Positions 56,542 to 64,000 of a stretch of DNA of 64,000 bases are shown one piece after another. The notes beneath the pieces were generated by a model, which was not told the DNA's origin, ran no database searches, and saw only the letters and a program-made list of their open reading frames with translations. Positions within the stretch are counted from its first letter, which is position 1. Each line of letters opens with the position of its first letter. The position numbers were made by a program, and so were the translations under genes. The DNA is from Candidatus Hydrogenedentota bacterium (GTDB taxonomy: Bacteria > Hydrogenedentota > Hydrogenedentia > Hydrogenedentales > CAILVY01). The stretch is taken from positions 206-64,205 of the forward strand of contig JAKQOG010000048.1 in assembly GCA_029565395.1 (NCBI GenBank). The letters are read 5' to 3'.

Positions 56542-58944
56542 TTAGTTCCGCAGTGGTTTGCCGCTGGCCAGCATGTGCTGCATGCGCGCCTGGGTCTTTT
56601 CCATGCCACACAGACTGCAGAATGCTTCGCGTTCCAGATCCAGGATATCCTGTTCCGTGACCGGCATCCCTTGGATCCGGTCGCCGCCCGCGAGCACATG
56701 CGCGATCTTGCCCGAAATGATCATATCGTGTTCGGAAGCCCAACCGGCCTGGTTCATGCCCCAGACGCCCGCGTTGAAGGCCGCTTCGATGCTCTCGCCG
56801 AGCGCCCAGAGGCGCGGCGGACGCGGCGCGCGGTAGCCCATTTGGAGCATGCCGAGCACCACGTTCTTCGCGCGGCCCAATTGCAGTTCGAAGTTCGGCT
56901 CGATGATGTCGGTGGGCCGCAGGTAGCCGAGTTCGATGAACTCGCCGGCACTCGTGCCCACTTTCGCGGTGGCAATCGCTTCAAATGCACGGCGCACATA
57001 CTGGAATGCGTCCGCGGATACATTCGCGGGAATATATTCCAGCGCGCGGACCAGCATTTCCTTGGTGCCGCCGCCAGCCGGGAGCAACCCCACGCCCACT
57101 TCTACCAACCCTGCATAGGTTTCACCGGAGATAACGCATTTGTCGGTGTGCATGCAGATTTCCACGCCACCGCCGAAGGTATAGTGATGGGGCGCCGCCA
57201 CGATCGGCTTGCTGCAATATTTCATGCGCGCGCCGGTGTCTTGGAGGGCTTTCACCACCGCTTCAACGTTCGCCCAGTTCTCCTGCATGATCTCACCCAG
57301 CAGCATGAACAAATTGGCGCCCGCGCAGAAATGCGGCCCCTGGTTGCCGATGACCATTCCGTCGTATTTCCCTTCGTCCAGGAGGTCCACGCCTTTGTTC
57401 AGCATCAGGATCATATCACCGTCAATCGCGTTCATTTTGCAGTGGAATTCCACGTTGATGACGCCATCGCCGATGTCAATAATGCTGGCACTGTCATTCG
57501 ATGCAAGAACCTTGCTCTTGTCCAGGTTCTTAATGGATGCCAGCTTGACTTCTTTGGGATTTTTCTTGACCGGCTTGTAGGACTTGGACGCCAGATCGAA
57601 GAACATTTCCACGCCCTTCTCCAGCTTGTAGAAGGACTTGGCGCCCGCTTTGCGCATCGCTTCCACGAGCGGTGGCATCTTAATGCCGGCGGCTTCCATC
57701 TTCGCCGCGAAGTCTTCGAAGCCCAGCATGTCCCAGGTGTCGAAAATGCCGGTTTCCCATGCAAAGCCCCAGCGCACCGCGTTGTCAATGTTCACGATGT
57801 CGTCGGAGATTTCGGGGATGCGGTTGGCGGCATAGACGCACAGGTTCGCGAAGAACTTGAAGAGGAACTTGGAACCTTTGTCCTCGCTGAAAAGCATGAT
57901 CTTGAACTTTTCCGTGAGGTCTTCCACGCTCCGCACCGCGCCCGTGCAGTCAAATTTCGCCTTCACCGGGGGACGGTATTCGACGGTGGCCGGATCAATC
58001 GCGTAAATGATGGCCTTGCCTTTTTCGTCCTTCTCGGCGGTTTTCTTGTAGAAGCCAGAGCCTGATTTGTTGCCCCAGTACTTCTTCTCGACCATCGCAT
58101 CGTACCAGTCGGGGCCTTTCATAATGTCGTGCCACTCGTCGTCCGGGCAGCCGTTGTAGACATTCAGCGCCACCTTCTGGAAGGTGTCGAGGCCCACCAG
58201 GTCGCACGTGCGGAAGGTCGCGGAGCTGGCATGCCCGATGGCCGGGCCTGTCAACGCGTCCACTTCTTCCGGCGTCAACCCTTCCTTCGTCATTTCATGC
58301 ATCAAATACTGCATGGCGAAGGTGATGATGCGGTTTGCGCAGAAGTTGGGCGTGTCCTTGGCATACACGATGCCTTTCCCCAGCACATTTTCCCCAAACC
58401 ACGCCATGGTTTCGATGACCTCCGGCAGGGTGTCCGGACCGGGGATCAGCTCCAACAGTTTTAAATACCGCGGCGGATTGAAGAAGTGCGTGCCCATGAA
58501 ATGCTCGCTCATTTCCTTGGGCATAAAGGCCGCCATATCCTTCATCCGTATACCGCTGGTGTTCGAGGTGACGATCGAGCCCGGCTTCCGGTGCTGCGCC
58601 ACTTTCTCGAATACCGTTTTCTTGACATCCAGGCGTTCCATGACCACTTCAATGATCAGATCGCAATCGGCGATCTTATCCATGTTGTCGTCAAAGTTGC
58701 CCGTGTCAATCATCTCCACGCCGCTCTTCACAAAAAGCGGCGCCGGTTTAGCCTTGAGCAGGGCAGCCTTGTTGCCCTCCACCAGACTATTCCGCTTCTT
58801 CTTGTTCTTCTTGTCCTCCTCGGACAGGTTCGGTGTCACGATGTCCAGCATTACGCTGGGAATCCCGCAATTCGCCATGTGTGCGGCGATCGCGGCGCCC
58901 ATCACGCCCGAACCCAACACTGCGACACGCTTAATTTCCTTCAT
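56542..58944 (-). CDS. fadN: 3-hydroxyacyl-CoA dehydrogenase / enoyl-CoA hydratase fusion (FadN-type domain order)
   Basis: GSGVMG, SNTSG, HFFNPPRY in the N-terminal part; crotonase motifs FCAGANL, GGGVE, GLVEVGVGLLPAGGG in the C-terminal part. Confidence 0.93.
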   Translation of the reverse strand: MKEIKRVAVLGSGVMGAAIAAHMANCGIPSVMLDIVTPNLSEEDKKNKKKRNSLVEGNKAALLKAKPAPLFVKSGVEMIDTGNFDDNMDKIADCDLIIEVVMERLDVKKTVFEKVAQHRKPGSIVTSNTSGIRMKDMAAFMPKEMSEHFMGTHFFNPPRYLKLLELIPGPDTLPEVIETMAWFGENVLGKGIVYAKDTPNFCANRIITFAMQYLMHEMTKEGLTPEEVDALTGPAIGHASSATFRTCDLVGLDTFQKVALNVYNGCPDDEWHDIMKGPDWYDAMVEKKYWGNKSGSGFYKKTAEKDEKGKAIIYAIDPATVEYRPPVKAKFDCTGAVRSVEDLTEKFKIMLFSEDKGSKFLFKFFANLCVYAANRIPEISDDIVNIDNAVRWGFAWETGIFDTWDMLGFEDFAAKMEAAGIKMPPLVEAMRKAGAKSFYKLEKGVEMFFDLASKSYKPVKKNPKEVKLASIKNLDKSKVLASNDSASIIDIGDGVINVEFHCKMNAIDGDMILMLNKGVDLLDEGKYDGMVIGNQGPHFCAGANLFMLLGEIMQENWANVEAVVKALQDTGARMKYCSKPIVAAPHHYTFGGGVEICMHTDKCVISGETYAGLVEVGVGLLPAGGGTKEMLVRALEYIPANVSADAFQYVRRAFEAIATAKVGTSAGEFIELGYLRPTDIIEPNFELQLGRAKNVVLGMLQMGYRAPRPPRLWALGESIEAAFNAGVWGMNQAGWASEHDMIISGKIAHVLAGGDRIQGMPVTEQDILDLEREAFCSLCGMEKTQARMQHMLASGKPLRN

Positions 58945-58996
58945 TGGTCAGCCTTTCCCTACGTGTTTCGCAATCCGGGTTAATAAAAAACCTACC

Positions 58997-59052
58997 TAAC
59001 GTTCGTTAAAGAAACGTCTCCCTATAGTACACAAGAATCCGCCCCGCGTCAA
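58997..59052 (-). promoter_or_regulatory. fadN promoter with a downstream palindromic operator candidate
   Basis: Minus strand TTGACG (59052-59047), 17 bp, TACTAT (59029-59024); TAACG-nn-CGTTA at 58997-59008. Confidence 0.55.
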
Positions 59053-59296
59053 GTCTTTCCGCCGGGAAAATTATCCCCAGTAAAATGGGGGTGGAAATGG
59101 GGAAAGGGGCGGGAGAGGGATTTTGCGGGTTCTGGAGGATAGTAAAGGTGTAAACGCTTCAAAAACGCTTTATTTTCTAAGACTTGGCGGACAAGCATGG
59201 TGGAAAGACCTTGATAAGTGGCATTTATGAACATGATTCGATACACTATGGCCTCATTTTGTTAAAAGAATCAAATACCCGGCATACACGCATGGT

Positions 59297-62056
59297 GTGG
59301 TAAAGAAAGCAGCTATGAAAACTTCATTAAGTCAGAGGGGGACGGTGTGTATCCGGTGGCGTCTGGACTGGCTCATATTGTTCCTGTTGCTGGCTGTCAG
59401 CATTGTCATCGTTTATCATTATTACTTATTGCCGCCTTATTTCCCCAAGAATTTTGGCGCCGTGGATGTGTACACGCTTTTTGGCCCTTTTGCTTATCTT
59501 TTGGATACGGCGTTACATGAGGGGCATTTCCCATTATGGAATCCATTGTCGTATTGCGGGCAACCATTCGCGGCGAATCCCCAGACCTCGTTGTTTTATC
59601 CTCCCCAATTGCTCCGGTCTGTTCTCACCCTGGAGCCCACTCCGTGGGCCACTGCCATTAGCTTGCAGATTTTGGTGGGCTTCCACATCCTTTTGGCGGG
59701 CATGGCCACCATCGCCTTCGCGCGGAGCTATGGATTAAGCCGTTCTGCGTCGTTCACGGCCGCCGTAGTCTATGTTTTCGGCCCTCATTCCATGTTGCGG
59801 GTAATGGAGCACTGGACCCTTTTCGCAATTACCGCCTGGCTGCCGCTGGTACTTCTTTTAGCGCGGCGCGCGATGGAGGCGGATCAAGGCCGTGACCGGG
59901 TGAGATATATGCTTTTAGGCGCGCTGGCGTTCTCCATGTGCATTCTTGCCGGATTTCCCCAGGTAACCTATTATTCAGCACTGGCCTTAGGCTTGTTTTG
60001 CGGACTGCACGTATTGGCCCATGTGGAATGGAAAGTGCGCGGACGCTTCCGCCGTCTGTTCAGGCGTTCCTTTTCCACGCTGATCATTCTAGGGGTTCTT
60101 GTGTTTGTTTCAAGCCTGATAGCCGCCGCATTTCTTCTGCCGGCCGCGGAATTCGCGGGCTTAAGCTCACGAATCAGCGGCAGCGGGCTTCGTGTCGGTT
60201 CGCCGCCCCAGGATTTGAACCCAGTTCACCTGCTGCAAAACCTGGCGATATTCACAGGCGCGAAAGACAATTGCCAGGGGTGGCGCGCAGCGGGTATTGC
60301 ATCGTTATTGCTGGGCATGGCTGCGTTTGGCCATCGCCGCCGCCGCGATGTATTTGTGTTTTGCGCTTTCTGTATCATCATGAATGACCTGGTTATTGGT
60401 CCGCCAATGCCTTTTGGCCGCCTGCTGGCCATGGTGGACGTATTCAATTTCGGTTCCCCATGGCGGTCAAACATTGCTGCCAGCCTTCCCTTTTCCCTAT
60501 TGGTTGGATTTGGGTTGGATGCCGCTACGGAACGGATAAAAACCATATCAGGCACGGCATTACGCACGTTTTTGTATTTATTGATTGGCGCATTGGCCCT
60601 GAAGGCCGTTATGGATTGGCGAACCGATCATCCTTTCTTACAGACTTCCCTGGCGGTTGTTATCCTTCCGGCCATTACGTTGGGAATCCTGCTGCTCGCC
60701 ACACCGTTAAACCGGCCGGCATTTCTCCGGCCGGTAATTGCCCTGCTTGTATTCGCAGAAATCGCCGCCTGGGCGTATTATTATGTGCCCGTCTACATCA
60801 ACCAGCGTATGCCGCGAAGCACGATTGCAGGGACGGGTGAACTGCCTGTTTTTTGGAAGGATAACATTCGGGGCACCGTGCCGCGGGCAAACACCAACTG
60901 CTGGACTTTGTCCCCGGCGATTAACGGGTATGATGCGGTGTATATCCATGATGTGCGGCAAGCGCTTTGCACGCCGGGCCGGGAAAGGAATTACTACCGG
61001 GTGCTGCATACCTGGGAAGTTCAAGTGGACAACCAGCGCGGCAATTTGTTCCTGAAACGCGCCTTCTGGCTGGCGCGTGATTTCGTGCGCGGACCCTTAC
61101 CGCCCAAACACGCCTTATTCCCCAGCAGCACTACCGTATATTTGCCTGACCCGCCGCCGGAGCTTCCCATACCGGAAGTGCCCCGGGCTAAAGTGCCTGC
61201 CAGGGCTGTTTCCGAGGATGTCGAACGTGTTCTGGTGGCGGAAGAAGCGCAACTCAAACAAAAGCCCGCCACCCAAAAAACAAAGAGAAAAGAGAGTCTT
61301 GCATTGCCAACCATAAACGTTGGCAATATACACAGTGCACTCGAGCTAACGTATACCACAACCAGTCAGGTTGATTTGAATATCCAGTGTTATGAGCCTT
61401 CCACCAAACGACGGGAAGACGGATTCAGGAACCGCCTTAAACCCACCCGCGGCCAGGAAGCCAAGGTGCAGATTGCCCTGCCCGACTTCATGGATCTTCA
61501 AGCCACCTTGCAGTGGGAAGCGCCGCCGAACACATTGCAGCTCATACGGGCAGAACTGTTGAAAGACCGGGCGGATGAAAACAATTTGATTCACATTATC
61601 AGCCGTTCATTTGACGAAGTTGAACTGTTGATCGACAAGCTGCCCGCCCCCCGTATTCTTACCTTTTTAGATTCCCATTATCCGGGGTGGAAGGCGTATG
61701 CAGACGGTCAGCCTGCCCCTATTTTTAAAGCCAACGATGCTTTTAAAGCCATCGCATTGCCTGCCGGCGCTCACCACGTGATCTTTCGTTTCGAGCCTGT
61801 GCGGGTATATGCCGGTCTTGGCATTTCACTCATTTCAACCGGCGTTGTACTGATAGCCCTCCTCTTTCTGCGGCAAAAACCGCAGAACGACATTTCCACA
61901 TCTGAAGAGCCTCCGTTGCCTATATTTTCCGACAACAGCAGGGGCGGGGAACATAACATCGAACCCGCTGAAGAACCTTTTCCTCCGGTTATTTCCCCTG
62001 ACGAGATTTTTCCAAACAGCCAAGAGACGGATGGCCAAGATTCATTGAACCGGTAA
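59297..62056 (+). CDS. YfhO family polytopic membrane protein (GT-C-like)
   Basis: 'PLWNP..YCG.PF.ANPQ...FYP', many TM segments, C-terminal 'YPGWKAYADG......AN..F.AI.LPAG.H.V.F.F.P'; the start may be 59315. Confidence 0.85.
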   Translation: MVKKAAMKTSLSQRGTVCIRWRLDWLILFLLLAVSIVIVYHYYLLPPYFPKNFGAVDVYTLFGPFAYLLDTALHEGHFPLWNPLSYCGQPFAANPQTSLFYPPQLLRSVLTLEPTPWATAISLQILVGFHILLAGMATIAFARSYGLSRSASFTAAVVYVFGPHSMLRVMEHWTLFAITAWLPLVLLLARRAMEADQGRDRVRYMLLGALAFSMCILAGFPQVTYYSALALGLFCGLHVLAHVEWKVRGRFRRLFRRSFSTLIILGVLVFVSSLIAAAFLLPAAEFAGLSSRISGSGLRVGSPPQDLNPVHLLQNLAIFTGAKDNCQGWRAAGIASLLLGMAAFGHRRRRDVFVFCAFCIIMNDLVIGPPMPFGRLLAMVDVFNFGSPWRSNIAASLPFSLLVGFGLDAATERIKTISGTALRTFLYLLIGALALKAVMDWRTDHPFLQTSLAVVILPAITLGILLLATPLNRPAFLRPVIALLVFAEIAAWAYYYVPVYINQRMPRSTIAGTGELPVFWKDNIRGTVPRANTNCWTLSPAINGYDAVYIHDVRQALCTPGRERNYYRVLHTWEVQVDNQRGNLFLKRAFWLARDFVRGPLPPKHALFPSSTTVYLPDPPPELPIPEVPRAKVPARAVSEDVERVLVAEEAQLKQKPATQKTKRKESLALPTINVGNIHSALELTYTTTSQVDLNIQCYEPSTKRREDGFRNRLKPTRGQEAKVQIALPDFMDLQATLQWEAPPNTLQLIRAELLKDRADENNLIHIISRSFDEVELLIDKLPAPRILTFLDSHYPGWKAYADGQPAPIFKANDAFKAIALPAGAHHVIFRFEPVRVYAGLGISLISTGVVLIALLFLRQKPQNDISTSEEPPLPIFSDNSRGGEHNIEPAEEPFPPVISPDEIFPNSQETDGQDSLNR

Positions 62057-62193
62057 CAGGCTATCAGTCGTCCATGCCTCGGTAAAAAGAGAGAAATGGC
62101 CTCCTGAAAAAATCCGTTGAGGCTGGATAGATGATCCCGAATTGCATCATACTTCCTACTGTCAATATAGTGGTTGTGGAAAGCGAGGATATC

Positions 62194-63633
62194 ATGGATC
62201 GTAGAACATTCCTAGTCATGAGTTCAGGCGTGGTGGTGGGATTAAATATGCCCTGGGCACGCCGTGCGGCGGCGCAACCGGATGTAATTGAGCCGTTCAA
62301 GATCAGTCTGGCGGAATGGTCGCTGAACCGCGCCCTGGCGGCGAAAAAATTAACCCACATGGACTTTCCGAAAACGGCCAAATGCGACTATGAAATCGAT
62401 TGCATTGAACTTGTGGATCAGTTTTTTGCCACGAAATCGAAGGACATGAACTACCTGAAAGCATTCAAGCAGCGTGCGGACGATGAAGGGGTGCGCATCG
62501 GCCTGATCATGCTGGACACCAATGGCCCCCTGGGCTCTCCGGACAAGGCGCGGCGGGACAAGGCCGTGGATCAGACGTTTCCCTGGATTGACGCCGCGAG
62601 ATTTTTTGGCGCCCGGACGATCCGTGTCAACGCGCGTGGTTCTGACGATCCCAATGTGTTGCGTTCAGGCATTGTAGAAAGTTGCGCACGGCTTGCGGAG
62701 TACGCCTCGGCCCTTGGCATCAACATCACCATCGAAAATCATGGCGGGCCATCATCCGACCCGCAGTGGCTGGCCGGCGTAATGAAGGAGGTAGGCAAGG
62801 CCAACTTCGGCACGCTGCCGGATTTCGGGAACTTCCCGGCGGATACGAATCGCTACGATGCCGTGGAGGCCCTATTGCCGTACGCAAAAGCGGTGAGCGC
62901 CAAAGCCACCCAGTTCTCGGCGGACGGCCAAATCACCGACACGGACTTCCGGCGGATGCTGCGGATTGTCCGCGATGGCGGCTACACCGGCTATGTGGGG
63001 GTGGAATCCGCACCGCCCTCGGCAGACGAGGAACCCGCTGCGATTCGCATAACACGCGACATCCTCAAGAGAATTCGCGAGGAACAACAGCGGTGCGTCC
63101 CCATTTTTAACGGGAAAAGCCTGGAGGGGTGGTCTTTGGTGGAAGGCGGCGAATGGACCGTGGAAGATGGCGCGCTAGTGGGCCGAAATGGCAAGAATTG
63201 GTCCACCGATCCGGAGAAAACCGGTTCCTGGCTCCGTACCAATCAGGAATACGGCGATTTTCGCCTTGAACTCCAGTACAGCATCAACGAAGGCGGCAAC
63301 AGCGGGGTGTTTTTCCGCTCCGCGCTAGAGAAAAATCCCGCTTTTACCGGATATGAAATGCAAATCGTCGACGCCTTTGGCCAACCGCCGAACAAGCAGA
63401 GCGCCACGGCCATTTATGACGTTGTTGCCCCCATGAAAAACCTGGTGCGTCCGGCGGGACAATGGAACACGGTCACTATTATTGCTAAAGGCCCGAAAAT
63501 TGCCTTTGAAATGAACGGAGAGAACGTGTTGGAAGCAGAACTGGATCGGTCGTTGCGTGGATACATTGGTTTGCAAAATCACGATGCGCATGCCGTGGCA
63601 AAATTCCGCAATATCCGAATCGAGGCGCTGTAA
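62194..63633 (+). CDS. Tat-exported xylose-isomerase-like TIM barrel fused to DUF1080 (3-keto-disaccharide hydrolase-like)
   Basis: MDRRTFL Tat signal; 'SLAEWSL', 'IENHGG', 'LPDFGNF'; C-terminal 'IFNGKSLEGW', 'GNSGVFF', 'YEMQIVD', 'GYIGLQNH', 'FRNIRI'. Confidence 0.88.
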   Translation: MDRRTFLVMSSGVVVGLNMPWARRAAAQPDVIEPFKISLAEWSLNRALAAKKLTHMDFPKTAKCDYEIDCIELVDQFFATKSKDMNYLKAFKQRADDEGVRIGLIMLDTNGPLGSPDKARRDKAVDQTFPWIDAARFFGARTIRVNARGSDDPNVLRSGIVESCARLAEYASALGINITIENHGGPSSDPQWLAGVMKEVGKANFGTLPDFGNFPADTNRYDAVEALLPYAKAVSAKATQFSADGQITDTDFRRMLRIVRDGGYTGYVGVESAPPSADEEPAAIRITRDILKRIREEQQRCVPIFNGKSLEGWSLVEGGEWTVEDGALVGRNGKNWSTDPEKTGSWLRTNQEYGDFRLELQYSINEGGNSGVFFRSALEKNPAFTGYEMQIVDAFGQPPNKQSATAIYDVVAPMKNLVRPAGQWNTVTIIAKGPKIAFEMNGENVLEAELDRSLRGYIGLQNHDAHAVAKFRNIRIEAL

Positions 63634-64000
63634 TTGTTGCGTTTGCCCAAACGAAACGACATCACGCCCGCAGACCCGCGGGAAGAACCCACGCGCTATT
63701 ACTATTGGCCGATGGTGGGATGGTTCTACCGGAAACGGCTGCGGATGGTGGTGGAGGCGCTGGGGAATAGGCGGTATGCCAGACTGCTCGAAGTAGCCTA
63801 TGGCAGCGGTATTTTTCTTCCCACCTTACATGGCCTGTGCGATGAATTGCACGGGCTTGACCTTCTGGATCGTCAGGAGGTGGTGCAGGAAACCCTGCGC
63901 AAGGCGGGCGTCTCCGCACACTTGCAGGTTGGCGACGCGTTGGCCATGCCCTATCCCAACGAACACTTCGACGCTGTTGTGAATGTGAGCATGCTGGAGC
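63634..64000 (+). CDS. Class I SAM-dependent methyltransferase, truncated by the window end
   Basis: Not in the ORF track. Translated by hand from TTG 63634: ...RLLEVAYGSGIFL...LHGLDL...VGDALAMPYPNEHFDAVVNVSMLE, open to the end. Confidence 0.85.
   Translation, partial: MLRLPKRNDITPADPREEPTRYYYWPMVGWFYRKRLRMVVEALGNRRYARLLEVAYGSGIFLPTLHGLCDELHGLDLLDRQEVVQETLRKAGVSAHLQVGDALAMPYPNEHFDAVVNVSMLE

Noticed and set aside
56575..58065. 496-aa plus-strand ORF
   Set aside because: Antisense shadow of fadN; such ORFs are common opposite GC-rich genes and it has no recognisable motifs. The same applies to 55450..56499, 45008..46393, 43736..44737, 31519..32595, 18997..20019 and similar.

Overview
A 64 kb bacterial chromosomal window of moderately high GC, with no rRNA, tRNA, CRISPR array or transposase detected by eye. 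The gene style (Glu/Gly-rich linkers and a 'SADxNxDxxIxLSELLRVIQFFNSGGYHC' module) suggests Candidatus Hydrogenedentota; this is inference from recall and was not tested. The main feature is two clusters (247-15382 and 23844-31341) holding five large signal-peptide-bearing modular proteins. All five end in the same ~90-aa module: a duplicated Ca-binding-loop/helix with paired cysteines, dockerin-like, with 8 copies in the window. They also share other mobile domains, and two carry candidate cohesin-like beta-sandwiches. Together this points to an uncharacterised extracellular docking or scaffolding system whose tag DNA is being homogenised between neighbouring genes. Other genes: Gfo/Idh/MocA oxidoreductase, Hsp70-like protein, DUF2784, FapA/DUF342, a DoxX fusion, rtcB, several carbohydrate-active-like secreted proteins, smg-topA, a small-ORF/nucleotidyltransferase pair, an MBL hydrolase, an AT-richer islet (vapC remnant, 61-aa ORF, papain/C39-like peptidase), TonB-like + ExbB/TolQ, two RND permeases, fadN-fadA, a YfhO-like protein, a TIM-barrel/DUF1080 fusion and a truncated methyltransferase. 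Non-coding features include REP-like hairpins, heptamer-built palindromes and several near-consensus sigma70 promoters. All family calls come from motif recognition by eye, not from database searches.
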